Below, piece by piece: positions 21,973-33,381 of a DNA stretch of 64,000 bases. The DNA is from Candidatus Bathyarchaeota archaeon. Lineage in GTDB: Archaea; Thermoproteota; Bathyarchaeia; Bathyarchaeales; Bathycorpusculaceae. How positions within the stretch are numbered: the first letter of the stretch is position 1; each line of letters starts with the position of its first letter. The stretch is taken from contig CAVZJV010000014.1 in the NCBI GenBank assembly GCA_963775685.1, positions 928,001 to 992,000 on the forward strand. The letters are read 5' to 3'. A model generated the notes under the pieces. That model did no database searches and was not told where the DNA came from. It saw only the letters and a list, made by a program, of their open reading frames with translations. Made by a program: the position numbers and the translations under genes.

Positions 21973-22983
21973 TTATGGGAGAAACTTGCCTTTTAAGTTT
22001 GAGGGGATTTTTCGAATTAGTTTGTTTGCAAGTCTTGAATGCTGTAGTAAGAAAAGCATCAGATCCTTAACCATAAACTTAGAGCCCTCGTCCATGAACC
22101 ATCCTAGTATTTGGCTGTAACACAATAGGCGTTCTGAAGCTGGAAGCGTAACGCGATTTACTGACTTGAAATATTCAATGCAATTTTTCCAATGTGGGAA
22201 ATAACTTCCACTGTCCTTAGACCACCAAGCAGCTTCCTCTAGTAGGCGGTCTAATGTATCTTCTCGATTGCTACCGTAAAATCTTGAGGTATAAGAATCA
22301 GGGTGGTCTCGCCAGTAAAATAGACATTCGGGAATTTCATAAATTCTACCCATGAGACCTAGTTCAGCTACAAGATTCCTGTCGGCTCCAACATAGCTTC
22401 CATGAAGTTGACTCTGTGCAAAAAAACTCGCTCGGTAAACAGCATGAAATGGAGTCGTGATATAGTATAAGCCAATCAAGTCTCGAAAACGTTCATGTGC
22501 TTTTGGGGAATTAATATGATACAAATAATTTTTGTTATGATAACCAAGAAAATTCCCATCTTTGTCAATTCGAGCAGTTTTACTATGGCATCCGACAATT
22601 TCAGCATCTTTTTCAAGAGCACTAACACATTTCCTTAAATATTCGGGATGGAGAACGTCATCATAAGCGGCCCATTTAAAGTATTTACTATTGGATAATT
22701 CAAAGGTCTTGTTGTAATTTTTTGGAGCGCCAACATTTTTTTGGTTACGATAATACCGTATGCGTTGATCTTTTGAAGCGTAATCTAGGCATATTTGTTG
22801 GGTACGATCAGTAGATGCGTTATCAGAAATAATGAGCTCGAAATTGGTAAAAGTCTGGTTTAGAACAGATTTTACCGCTTCCGCGACATATTTTTCGCCA
22901 TTAAAGACAGGCATCCCAATGCTAACGAGAGGTTTATCAGTACCTAACTTTTGACTGCAGTTCATATTGCGTTCTCTAAACAA
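21973..22983 (-). CDS. GT2 glycosyltransferase
   Basis: VSIGMPVFNGEKY, ISDNASTD, YFKWAAYDD and GADRNLVAEL motifs. Confidence 0.93.
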   Translation of the reverse strand: MFRERNMNCSQKLGTDKPLVSIGMPVFNGEKYVAEAVKSVLNQTFTNFELIISDNASTDRTQQICLDYASKDQRIRYYRNQKNVGAPKNYNKTFELSNSKYFKWAAYDDVLHPEYLRKCVSALEKDAEIVGCHSKTARIDKDGNFLGYHNKNYLYHINSPKAHERFRDLIGLYYITTPFHAVYRASFFAQSQLHGSYVGADRNLVAELGLMGRIYEIPECLFYWRDHPDSYTSRFYGSNREDTLDRLLEEAAWWSKDSGSYFPHWKNCIEYFKSVNRVTLPASERLLCYSQILGWFMDEGSKFMVKDLMLFLLQHSRLANKLIRKIPSNLKGKFLP

Positions 22984-23071
22984 ATTGTTGCTTCCGCCCC
23001 TATCACAAATCAGTAGTTTTGTAATTTAAAATAAGTTGTAATTATGAAATTGTTATTTTGTAGAATCTTGG

Positions 23072-23902
23072 TTAAGGATTGATATTTCCCTTCTTGAAGC
23101 AAATAAAAGATCGCTGTAAGTTGCTTCTAACTAACTCAAAACCAGATTGTTTGAACTTAGCGATGATCATTTCGCTTATTTTTTTAGAATGAGCCATTAT
23201 TAAGTAGACATCAATCTTTCTCAAAATTACTGGATCTAAGCTTACAATGCTTTTCTCGGCGCCCTCACAATTAAATTTAGCTACATCCGCATGGCTTTCT
23301 TCTATTATGTGTGCTAGATTTCGTATTTTAATTTGCATTTTATGCTGACCTATGCCATCAGTTCTGAAACCAAGGTCAGCTATTTGATACGAAATCGTTT
23401 CAATGTTATCATGGGTACCAATACCTTCTTTATGGATTTCAGCGTTTACTTGATTCAATGACATGTTTTGTTTAATTAACTCTTGATGGGTTTCAACTGG
23501 TTCGTAAATTATTATTTTCTTAGCGCCATTTTTGAAGAAAAACGCAGCTGATTCTCCCTGAAATCCACCTACATCTAGGACTACTTTTCCTTGATAATCC
23601 CAATCGTAGAACCCAGAATCAATTTCACCGACAGCTTGCAACATGTCCGAGGAGCCCACGAGGGTAATCGCATTATCTTTAATTTTAAACAAGTCGTCAC
23701 TAATTTGCAAAACTTTGTAGCCGGATTGCTTGATTTCTCTCACTTTCCAATATTGAGACCATGTCAACCAGAAAGTAGACCCGTCGCGAAAAAATATGGC
23801 TTTCTTTTTGCAGTTTTCTGAGAAAAGGATAGCCGTCCAAAAGTTACGAGTAGTAGCAACTGTCCTAATTAGACCTTTTATGGATACTATACTAATTCTC
23901 AA
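23072..23902 (-). CDS. FkbM-family methyltransferase
   Basis: VVLDVGGFQGESA, IIIYEP and AKFNCEGAE motifs; paralog of 60743..61621. Confidence 0.85.
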   Translation of the reverse strand: MRISIVSIKGLIRTVATTRNFWTAILFSENCKKKAIFFRDGSTFWLTWSQYWKVREIKQSGYKVLQISDDLFKIKDNAITLVGSSDMLQAVGEIDSGFYDWDYQGKVVLDVGGFQGESAAFFFKNGAKKIIIYEPVETHQELIKQNMSLNQVNAEIHKEGIGTHDNIETISYQIADLGFRTDGIGQHKMQIKIRNLAHIIEESHADVAKFNCEGAEKSIVSLDPVILRKIDVYLIMAHSKKISEMIIAKFKQSGFELVRSNLQRSFICFKKGNINP

Positions 23903-24064
23903 ACACTATCTCTCAGCTATTTCTTCCAAGCATAATATTTAGGTATTACTAATTACAGCCTAAATTTGTGTGGAGCAAATAACTTAAAAAGATAAGCTCT
24001 CCAAAAATATTTTGACTCATTATCTTGAGGTTATCGGTAAACAATCTATAAAGTTGCGGGATTT

Positions 24065-24979
24065 TCATGGCTCTTGTAAAATAGTCTCTTCATGAATTTG
24101 TTTCATGTATTCAATTGCTAGTTCCCTTACTTTTCGAAGATATCCTATAGGAACTCCGTCCAAATAACCTTCGTCAGAACACCCTTCCGTCCTTGAGCTA
24201 TACCATGCATGCCAAGCGAATATTTTTCCTTCAATCGAATAAGCGCAAAGTGCGGGTATTTTATTATGCCTGCTAGTTTCTAAGAAGAATATCTTCCCCT
24301 TTGCCTTAAACGACAATCCATGGTAAGGCTCAGGTGAATCTGTATTTTTATGAAAAAAAGCAAATTTGCCAAAAAGCTCATTTATCGTACTAGGTTGTAA
24401 TGCCATAAATGACGCATGTACTAGGTTAAGGGTCCCGTATCTCGGTCCTATGAGAATTATCTCTCTACCTAATTTGGCAAATAAATTGTCAATATTTCTA
24501 TACAAAACGCAATCCTGATCCAAAAAAACTACAAGTTTGTCACCCTTTTCAGCGGCATAGTTCAACAAAAATTGCAATCCGTTTGTGTGGGAATATAACA
24601 AGCGGTCAACGCCAGTACTCAACACCCAATTTCGTTTTTTAGGAGCCGCAGCAAACAAGGTAATATTGTTGAATCGTTTTAAGGCTTCTTCGATAACGCT
24701 AATGTTGGCTTGTTTTGAGCCGTTATCTAAAACATAAATTTTACTATTCGGATATAAGAATTCAATTTGATCAATATTTAGCAAGAGAAAGTCAGGTGCA
24801 TTCCAGTGGACTATACAAAAAACTGGGTAACCATCCACCTTGCTACGAAGCAAAATGTTTCTTCTTGTTCTTGAAGCTACAAAAGTAAAGATCGATTTTT
24901 CAAAAAAACTTTTCAAAGTTCTTGGAACAAATCTAGAGGGTTGTATAAGGTAACCAACTCTATTAATTATCCTTTGCAT
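24065..24979 (-). CDS. GT-A fold (GT2-like) glycosyltransferase
   Basis: IVHWN, YVLDNGS and VFLDQDC (DxD) motifs. Confidence 0.7.
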   Translation of the reverse strand: MQRIINRVGYLIQPSRFVPRTLKSFFEKSIFTFVASRTRRNILLRSKVDGYPVFCIVHWNAPDFLLLNIDQIEFLYPNSKIYVLDNGSKQANISVIEEALKRFNNITLFAAAPKKRNWVLSTGVDRLLYSHTNGLQFLLNYAAEKGDKLVVFLDQDCVLYRNIDNLFAKLGREIILIGPRYGTLNLVHASFMALQPSTINELFGKFAFFHKNTDSPEPYHGLSFKAKGKIFFLETSRHNKIPALCAYSIEGKIFAWHAWYSSRTEGCSDEGYLDGVPIGYLRKVRELAIEYMKQIHEETILQEP

Positions 24980-25390
24980 TTTTTCTTTCTCCTCTTTTTT
25001 CTACCTTTGTTGGCTCAAACAGGTTACTCGATCTCATAAATGGACTAGTTTAGGTTAAATTGTCTTGTTGCGGTTAAACTTTTTTCACTAAAAATTTAAT
25101 TTAGCTTAAACATTTTATTATTCGTCAATACTTGTAGCAACGAATGTCATTAACTGAATTCAGAACAAGAAATTAAGTTGAACGTTTCTAAGGACTTTCA
25201 AGACATAGATTTTTGGTTAAAGATTAGAAGCAATGAGTCTCTTGGTAATATTTACAAGAAACCTATTGAAAATTTATTATTGTACTCTAAGGAGTTACTG
25301 ATTTTTAGAAAGATGGTTATTTTTTGTTTGACGCTACGAGATAAGTCACACTTGAATTACAGTCACTTACTGCTTTGTTTCCTAGATTAG

Positions 25391-26284
25391 CTATATCAAG
25401 AAAATCTTTGTTTTAGCACATTCTTCCCAGATATTTAAGCGCTCCAAAATACTGTAAAAGTAGATGTAAGGTATTAACTTGTAATCATCAATTGTCTTAA
25501 ACTTTTTTATGAAAAGGCTTGAAAAAACCAAAGGTGGAAAAAGAATTTTCAACAAATCAAATGGAAAAAGAATACGACCCAAAAGAAAGGTCTCATCTCC
25601 ATTTTTCTTAAATAGGTAGACTCGATTTCTAGCCCGCGTTGCTACTTTTAGGTATCGTTTTGGTGTTAGAATTACGCGGGGATGATAAACTATCATTATT
25701 GGATTAAAAAGTATTCTGCCATATTTCATAACCCTGAGAGCAATGTCTCTATCTTCAAGATAATCTAATTTTTCATCAAAGCCCCCAACCTCTTTCATAA
25801 CCTCTTTTTTATAAGCCATATTTCCAGTCATGAAATTGCCTCCATTTCGGTTTTCCAAAATACAATCAGAAAAGGTTGGCTCAAAGTCCTTGGATACGTA
25901 ATAAATTTTTCCTTCAACACCCACACAATCTGGTAACTTAAAAAACCTAAGTCCCTCTGAAATCCAGTTTCTAGAGACAGTGCAATCCCCATCGGTAAAG
26001 AAAATATAGTCACCAATTGCTTGTTGTACTCCAATGTTCCTACTTTTTGAAATTCCAAACCATTCGGGATTTCGAAAATATTTTATTCTTCCATTGTTAA
26101 ACTTTTCAATTATTTTCTTAGTATTATCAGTGCTGAAGTCATCTATTATGACGATTTCGAAATTTTCGAATGTTTGCTCTAGGATCGATTTAATGCAGGC
26201 ACCGATAGAAATTTCAACATTCCTGATGCACATTACTACACTAACTATTGGCGCCATGAGTTTCAATCCATCAAATAAATCCAA
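25391..26284 (-). CDS. GT2 glycosyltransferase
   Basis: VSVVMCIRN, IIDDFSTD, FFTDGDC, GGFDE and EDRDI motifs; alternative start ATG 26257. Confidence 0.92.
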   Translation of the reverse strand: MDLFDGLKLMAPIVSVVMCIRNVEISIGACIKSILEQTFENFEIVIIDDFSTDNTKKIIEKFNNGRIKYFRNPEWFGISKSRNIGVQQAIGDYIFFTDGDCTVSRNWISEGLRFFKLPDCVGVEGKIYYVSKDFEPTFSDCILENRNGGNFMTGNMAYKKEVMKEVGGFDEKLDYLEDRDIALRVMKYGRILFNPIMIVYHPRVILTPKRYLKVATRARNRVYLFKKNGDETFLLGRILFPFDLLKILFPPLVFSSLFIKKFKTIDDYKLIPYIYFYSILERLNIWEECAKTKIFLI

Positions 26285-26298
26285 TTATTTCTCATTAT

Positions 26299-27471
26299 TT
26301 ATTGGTAATCTCTTAATTCTTTTAGATTTTGGGCAAGTTTATCACTAACCGTAGCATAGGTTCCATTTCCTTGATAATTTCTGATTGCAGCTTTTTGCAT
26401 TTGACTAAACATTACTTTATCGTTGTACAATTTTCTAATTTCCTTTGCGACAAAAGATGGGTCTCTTACTTTCAACAAAATCCCTGTTACATTGTCGACA
26501 ACAGCCTCTGAAATACCAAATGCATCATAACCGACAACAATACAACCATATGCTTGTGCTTCCCACAACACATGACCTGCAGGTTCAAACTCTGAGAAAA
26601 TGTAAAATATCTCAGATTCGGAATATAATTTAATTAACTCTTCGTCTAAAACATGATTAATAATACTCACATTTTTCGGAACTCTAAATCGCTTAAATTT
26701 TGGATCTTTTCCAACTATTGTAATTCTAAACTCTTTCAAATATTTCGCTGCTTCTAATAAAACATCTAATCCCTTAGCTTTATAATCGATACCTATAGCG
26801 AGAATGGTTTTTTCATTCTTCAATAAGAATTGGTTGACTTCCACTTTTTTAGCTGCACCCCAACCTACTGGAAAAACTTTTTGAGGATCTATGCCATACT
26901 CCCTACAAAGCCCTTCTTTGCACCACTTCGAGAAAGTAAAAATACATAATGCGTTCGTATAAAGCTCCTTTTGAAGCCGATAAAAACTTTCTTTATAAAT
27001 GGTTGACCACCCTCTTAATTCGTCTTTTTGCATTGCAGAAGTTGGAGGATCCGCATAGTTATCAACAATTAATGCAAAAGGAACTTTAGGTTCGCTAACA
27101 TACGGTGAAAAAATAGCTTGCCATTGCAAAATCAAATCAGGTTTTGGATTCATTAAATTAACGTGAGAGGAAATAGTTTGGGACAATTTTTTTATGAAAG
27201 CAGGACGTCGAACTGTATTCAAGTATAACATTGGACGGCCTATTTTTGAAGGCAAACCTCTTTTATCCATTGAAGTGAGAATTTCAAAAAAGCAAATGAT
27301 CAAATTCTTTAGAAAGAATGGTTTTCTTGGGCTAATTTCAACATGGAAAAGATCTAAATGGGGAAAATTTCGTTTAAGTTCCTGAGTGAGATAAACTGCC
27401 CGCTTATCTGAATATACAAAGAGTATTCTATACTCTTTAATAGATTTTTTAATTGGAGAAATAAACCCCAT
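26299..27471 (-). CDS. GT4 glycosyltransferase
   Basis: KGLDVLLEAA, EPAGHVLWEAQAYG and EAVVDNVTG motifs. Confidence 0.88.
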   Translation of the reverse strand: MGFISPIKKSIKEYRILFVYSDKRAVYLTQELKRNFPHLDLFHVEISPRKPFFLKNLIICFFEILTSMDKRGLPSKIGRPMLYLNTVRRPAFIKKLSQTISSHVNLMNPKPDLILQWQAIFSPYVSEPKVPFALIVDNYADPPTSAMQKDELRGWSTIYKESFYRLQKELYTNALCIFTFSKWCKEGLCREYGIDPQKVFPVGWGAAKKVEVNQFLLKNEKTILAIGIDYKAKGLDVLLEAAKYLKEFRITIVGKDPKFKRFRVPKNVSIINHVLDEELIKLYSESEIFYIFSEFEPAGHVLWEAQAYGCIVVGYDAFGISEAVVDNVTGILLKVRDPSFVAKEIRKLYNDKVMFSQMQKAAIRNYQGNGTYATVSDKLAQNLKELRDYQ

Positions 27472-27507
27472 GTCTATAGTACACCCTAAGCCTCAAGTGG
27501 TTCACTC

Positions 27508-28743
27508 TCATCTTTTTTCAATTGATAAGAGATAATTTGATAGGTCTCCAGCCACTTTTTCCCAAGTATATCCATCACAAATGATCTTACGGCCAGATTT
27601 TCCCCATTCAGCAAGTTTATCACTATTATTCAAAACATAAATCACGGATCTAGCAATTTCTATGGGAGTTACTGATTGAATATAAACGCCACACTTGCTA
27701 TCCCCAACTACGAACTTATGAGCTGGAATATCTGTCAAAATAACGGTCTTTTCCATAGCTAAATACTCTAGAAGTTTTAGTGGCGACTGAGACCTCCAAA
27801 AGGTATTGTCTGGCAATGGAACAATGCAAACATCCGCCATTTGGATAAATTTAGGAACTTTTTCATATTCTACTTGAGAATGGATAATGACATTTTCTTC
27901 AAGTTGATTTTCCTTAACAACTTCCGTCAACAAAGAGAGGGCCGGCCCGCGACCTAGCAAGAAAAGGACCACATCATAACCTTCTTTTTTTAATATTTTT
28001 AAGGATTCAATAGTCTCTTTCAATCCTCGGCTTGCGGTGAAGACTCCATGATAAAAGATGACAAATTTCTTGGTTAATCCATGTTCTGCTCTTAGGTCAT
28101 TGATTTCGTTACTGTTATTAGCAGTCTTAAAAAGCTGGTCTGAAACGCCTGATGTCCAAACTCCCACGTCATCTGGATTAATACCAAAACGACTGCATAT
28201 ATCTGATTTCATTAGAGGTGTGATAACTGTGATACCGTTGAATAACTTTTTGGCAATCAGCAATGAGACAGTAAACCAAAAATTCTGAAGAAAACCGAGA
28301 AAACCAAAAGTCTCTACTGGTACACTTCTAATATCCAAAATAACCTTAATGTGTTTGAATCTAGAAAGAATCATCAAAGGTATGAAACTAACAATTGACA
28401 CATCTGGCACTGTCATTATGTAGTTTGGTTTTCGGGAAATCAGAGAAAATGGGAGATAAAATAGTAGATCAATAGCATAAATTACTGACGAGAAAAGGGG
28501 TATATGCTTCACAGGTATGCTTGTTGTGAGTATTTCTGAGTTTCTAATTTTGAGTATGACAGATTTCTTTGACCTTGGAATTATTAGAAATGTACTAAAT
28601 TGTTTTTTCGAGAGTTCCTTTGATACTTCGATATCGGCCATTGAATGAAGAGAACAACCTAGCTGAAAATGGTTTGGTTCAACCCAAAGCAACTTTCTTC
28701 CTGAACCGTTAATTTTGATCGATTTTTCTTTTGATATCATCAA
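27508..28743 (-). CDS. GT4 glycosyltransferase
   Basis: YHGVF..SRGL, SPLKLLEYLAM and YTWEK motifs. Confidence 0.9.
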   Translation of the reverse strand: MMISKEKSIKINGSGRKLLWVEPNHFQLGCSLHSMADIEVSKELSKKQFSTFLIIPRSKKSVILKIRNSEILTTSIPVKHIPLFSSVIYAIDLLFYLPFSLISRKPNYIMTVPDVSIVSFIPLMILSRFKHIKVILDIRSVPVETFGFLGFLQNFWFTVSLLIAKKLFNGITVITPLMKSDICSRFGINPDDVGVWTSGVSDQLFKTANNSNEINDLRAEHGLTKKFVIFYHGVFTASRGLKETIESLKILKKEGYDVVLFLLGRGPALSLLTEVVKENQLEENVIIHSQVEYEKVPKFIQMADVCIVPLPDNTFWRSQSPLKLLEYLAMEKTVILTDIPAHKFVVGDSKCGVYIQSVTPIEIARSVIYVLNNSDKLAEWGKSGRKIICDGYTWEKVAGDLSNYLLSIEKR

Positions 28744-28939
28744 ATCAGCTTTCCTTGTTTTTATTCCTCAACTTCAAGTATAGACTAAAAAGAGTTAATT
28801 GTGTGAACGGAATTTTAGTAAATAAATCTTAAACCTGAAGCTTTTCGATTCGTAAAATAGGTTTATACAATGCGTTCATGGTTTACATCAAATGAGACTC
28901 ATGTAACTTGCATTTCACTCATTCTAAAAGAGAATCATA

Positions 28940-30355
28940 TTAACTATGCTTTGAATTTTGGCGTATTGCATGAAGCTCAAAATTTTCGAAATCCCCAATT
29001 TTTTCTATTGTCAGTGAATTTTTTATACCTTCAAATAAAGCGTAGGGGTCAGTCCCCTTGAATTTTAGAATATACCCGATTTTATAAGTTTCTATAATTT
29101 TTGCCAAATAATCCAAAATTCCGTGTCCCCTGACTAGATGAACGACGCTTAATTGGGAAAAATAATTAACTTCCAAAGTTCGAATGCTTGGGATTACCAA
29201 CAAATTACTTGTACAGCAATCCTTCAATGATTGATATAATGGAATATCGTTGGGATTGACTAACATTTTGGAATCTTTAATGTTTTTCTTAAGTCGTAAC
29301 AAAGCTATAAGACTTAGAAAGAGCGCAATAAAAAGCGCTACAATAATTAAATAATTTAAATTATTCATAGATAGTCCAATTGCAATTCCAACAGGTACTA
29401 ATCCGTATTCGATATACCTATAATACTCGCCTATTAGGGATAACGAGGGAATCAAAACAATGAGTGCGATTAATAAATTGACAATACCCCAAAAAAATAT
29501 TTTTGCACTCAAATCTGAATTCAAAAAAACCAAATTATTGCCAATAACTGAAAGTATTATTACAAATATAACTAAATACCATGGATTTCTGGCTAATATA
29601 TAACTAAAATCATGTGCAAAATGGATTTTTCGTTTAAAGTTGTAAAATCGGATCCAAAAAATGTGCTCTTTCAGAATCTTGAGATAAAACCCTCTACTTA
29701 TAAGAATTGATATTAGAAGGCCAAGCAAAAAGGAAACAAAAAGAATAGGTTTGTTAAATATGATCATGTATGGGATTAAACCTAAGATTAGAGCTTGTAT
29801 AGTAAATTTATGAGCGAGACAAGCTAGCGCTACAAGAAGTGAGATCGAAAGAAGTGAAAACCAGTTTAATGGGCAAAAAATTGTTATACATACAATAATG
29901 GAGTAAAAAAAGATTCCCAGAGGTCTTGGTGAGAATTGAGTTATGAGATCAAAAGCTGAAAGATTAACAATTACAATTAGACATGAAAGTGTTGCAAAAA
30001 CAAAATTTAGAGTTAAGTTGTATGTTATTATCGCAGCTAGACTGCTTAAAAAAGAGAGTATAGCCAAATTTAGGTTCTTAGCTATCGTTAAATGAAATCT
30101 CAATGGGAAAAGTGCGGTAACATAGTGAAGTAAAGGGGGATAGATTAAATAGTTGTATCTTTTGTCACTCTCAAAAAAGATTACATTCTTAAGTGATGAT
30201 GGAAACTTCCATTTATTTTCCCGTATACTTCTGCTTATCGACAAATGGAAAAATGTATCACCGCTAAATAATTTATTTCCTGACAAGTAACGTCTAATGA
30301 TAATTAGAAGTACGAATGATAAGATATAACAAAAAAGAAATACAGCAATAATCAT
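28940..30355 (-). CDS. Polytopic membrane protein, GT-C/polymerase-like
   Basis: First TM followed by a loop with GDTFFH and YPPLLH; about 11-12 TM segments; soluble C-terminal tail. Confidence 0.65.
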   Translation of the reverse strand: MIIAVFLFCYILSFVLLIIIRRYLSGNKLFSGDTFFHLSISRSIRENKWKFPSSLKNVIFFESDKRYNYLIYPPLLHYVTALFPLRFHLTIAKNLNLAILSFLSSLAAIITYNLTLNFVFATLSCLIVIVNLSAFDLITQFSPRPLGIFFYSIIVCITIFCPLNWFSLLSISLLVALACLAHKFTIQALILGLIPYMIIFNKPILFVSFLLGLLISILISRGFYLKILKEHIFWIRFYNFKRKIHFAHDFSYILARNPWYLVIFVIILSVIGNNLVFLNSDLSAKIFFWGIVNLLIALIVLIPSLSLIGEYYRYIEYGLVPVGIAIGLSMNNLNYLIIVALFIALFLSLIALLRLKKNIKDSKMLVNPNDIPLYQSLKDCCTSNLLVIPSIRTLEVNYFSQLSVVHLVRGHGILDYLAKIIETYKIGYILKFKGTDPYALFEGIKNSLTIEKIGDFENFELHAIRQNSKHS

Positions 30356-30617
30356 AAGATCATCTCAAGGTTTTTCAAAAACTGATTCTATCAATTTTTT
30401 TTGTGCATAAATATTTTCACAATTGTTTTTTTGAAAAAATTTAAAACAAAAATATGAAAAATTCTTTTAAACATAATTTTACAATATTTCGAAACGCCTT
30501 AGTATCAAAAATAGCTTTGTTTAGAAAGGGTATTTAATAGAGACCAAAATTATTCTATTTGTTTCTTGCTAAAATTTTATTAAAATCTGAATTCGTGTAA
30601 AGAAATTAGGCTTATTA

Positions 30618-32200
30618 TTACCCTTTTACTAAGATTAAGGATATACCATTGTTATACAAAACATTATAATTCGTACTGTTGATAGCTTTGTATATTGTGT
30701 AATTTTCACCAGCCATTGCATAAGAAAGTCTTTGTCCTAAGCCAGTCGTGTAAAGAATACCTGAATACTGATAAAATCTTGCAAAATTTGTAGTATCATC
30801 TCTTTCAATAAATGTACCGATGGTTTCTTCCAATTCTAGTTTTGAGAGAATGTAATCACTGACTGGACCATGAGTAAGAATTGTGCCGCCATTTGTCCAG
30901 TTGTATTTGTCTAGCATAAAGTTTTCAGCTTTGTACGCATCATCTGTTTGCGAAAAATCGATACCCTTTAAGAAAGAACCATGAAGAGGCATAAAAACTA
31001 AGAGAATTAGCAGAACCAAGAAAATTGCTGTTAGAAACTTTTTCAATTTTGTTTCGAACAAATATGCTGCCCCTATAGATACTGGGATAAAAGCAAGTGG
31101 AATTGCTCGTGCACCTAGAACCCAAAATACAAGACCAAATAAAAAGTAACCTAACCCAGTTAGAAAAATAGCTTTATCAAAGTCTCTAGTCTTTCGTTTA
31201 ATTATTAAAATAAGAAAGCCAATGGCGCAAATCGCTACAGTTATGATCAATTCCGCTGAAAGGACTTTTTGGGCTATCGCGTCAATGGGAACAATTACAG
31301 GTGTTACTGAAAGCCCCGCAATTCCAGAGACACTGGCATCAAGTTTCGTGAATTGCTGAACATAAGTGTTTAAGGCATTATTGGTTAATGTAAGTTGATA
31401 TAAAAGATAAATCGTTAAAAGAAGGACAAAGAGGTTTCTATTCCACGTATTTCTTCGCAAAATAGTTTTAATGGCTAAAAAAAGGACATAAAATACTGCT
31501 ACATATGCATGGCTTAGTGTCATGCCCACAAATAAGATAAGTATTATGAACATTCTACCAGAGTTCCATTTTTCGCCTTCAAGAGCTAAGGCAAGGAGCA
31601 TCAAAAGAAAAGCAATAGTAAATGGTGCAAACTGATAGTTCAGATAGTAATACATTGCGATAAAAAATACAACTACTGCCAGAAATCCGCCGTTCTTGTA
31701 TTGTTTGGTAGCAAAGATGAATAAAGCTGTGGTTAACATAATTCCGATAATTGCATACATTAGGAACTCGAAATTTGCCAGTTCCAATCCGCTCACAGAT
31801 GTAGCAATTTTTGTAAATAGAAAAATTGCAGGCCATTGAAAATAGCCCTTTCCAGGTATCGAGGAATCTAAATTGCCCGTTTTTAAAAATATTCGTTAAG
31901 TCCTCTAAAAAATAGCGAATCGGATGTTGCTAAGCGGTTATAAAAGAAAAATATTGAATACAGAAGTAGAACAATGCCTACGACCATTATCCACTTTAAG
32001 AGATTGTTCTTAAAAGTAGCCGCAATCAAGTACATCGATGGAAATAGCAAAACAAGACTAAACCAATACAAAAGTGACATATGCTTAAAAACAAAATCGT
32101 TGGCAGAGCCAACTGAAAGAGGATAGCTAGCAAACCAAGACCAAATCAGTAATGTTAGCCCTACAAAAAGAGGAACGAATAGAAGCTTTTTCTTGTCCAT
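30618..32200 (-). pseudogene. Polytopic GT-C/polymerase-like membrane protein split by a frameshift in a T-run at about 31885
   Basis: GAA TAT TTT TAA AAA CGG: one extra T gives EYFLKTGNLDSSIPGKGYFQWP, joining ORFs 31883..32200 and 30618..31796 into about 527 aa. Confidence 0.78.
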
Positions 32201-32451
32201 TGGTATACCTTTATCGACGTCATTTTAAGCACATAGTATGGCTTTTTTTAATAATTATTTGTGCTTCATCGGTTTAGGGGCAGTCTAAAATATGCAAATC
32301 CCATAAATGTTTAAGCCAAATTTAAAATCAAACAGATACAGTTGTTCACTATGTTTACAACAACTAAAAATTAACCGATAAACTTTCAATAAACCTTCAA
32401 TCCTTTCCATTCAAGAAAAAAAGATGAAATAGGATGTTTGAAGTTTTCTAT

Positions 32452-33381
32452 CTATTTCAATGCAGTGACATACTGTTCCCACCAAGTTGGAAGATAGCTA
32501 TTATCATCAGGAACAGCAGCCATACAATAAACGCCATGCGACCAAGCCCATTCTGTATCCCAAATTGCCCGCGCCAAAGTTATAGTTGGCTGAGCCGATG
32601 GTCGAGGAGGATTCATTGAAGCATCAGCGCCTGAACCATAGATGTAAACTCCAGCCCAAGGAGCGCCTAAGTCGTAGCCGTAATCTTTGCTAACACCTAT
32701 GAATTTTTCTGGATATTGTGCTAATATATCTGATTTTTCATCAATCAATTGTTTCCAACAAAATTCTGCACTTACTTTGTCGGCCCATAAATATGAATTT
32801 TGAATATTTCCTCCACCGGGATTAACAAACATTAACTTGCCTTTACTATGAACATAATCTGCAATTGCTTGATAGTAACTTGGGTTATATTGATTGCACT
32901 CATCAATCATAAAAGCATCAATTTCTGGGCCAATACTCAATTGATAATCAACTGACCCTCGGCTGTGTCCAGACAAATCAGAAGTATGCAATATCGTATT
33001 TAGAGGTACATTTCCTCCATCGCTCCATATGCGATCTGCGATTTTAACTCCATGTGAATGGAAATAGTTGATAAATGCTGATGTTAATTGTGGACTGCCC
33101 CAATTTCCGCTGTCTATCCAAATCGTTATTCCGGAAGAATCTCTTGCAGCACATATTCTTTGAGCTTCGCTGTCACCGGCAGACATCCAATGTTGAACCC
33201 ACAGATACAATTCCCCCTTTGGCGTTGAAGGGATTGGAGGGTAAATAATGGTACCCTGCGAATAAACAGGTTGGGTCTTTACCTGCTCTGTTAATGCGCT
33301 ACCTATAAATTGAAAACATAGAATTATTGTTAAAAAAAATAAAAATATGTTTCTAAGTTTTGCGCATTCACAGTCACACAA
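32452..33381 (-). CDS. Secreted spherulin-4/GH135-like TIM-barrel glycoside hydrolase (start uncertain)
   Basis: Signal peptide; IDAFMIDE, YY.AI..YV, FVNPG and AD.VSAE motifs. The likely ATG at 33367 is out of frame by one A in an A4 run. Confidence 0.65.
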   Translation of the reverse strand: MCDCECAKLRNIFLFFLTIILCFQFIGSALTEQVKTQPVYSQGTIIYPPIPSTPKGELYLWVQHWMSAGDSEAQRICAARDSSGITIWIDSGNWGSPQLTSAFINYFHSHGVKIADRIWSDGGNVPLNTILHTSDLSGHSRGSVDYQLSIGPEIDAFMIDECNQYNPSYYQAIADYVHSKGKLMFVNPGGGNIQNSYLWADKVSAEFCWKQLIDEKSDILAQYPEKFIGVSKDYGYDLGAPWAGVYIYGSGADASMNPPRPSAQPTITLARAIWDTEWAWSHGVYCMAAVPDDNSYLPTWWEQYVTALK

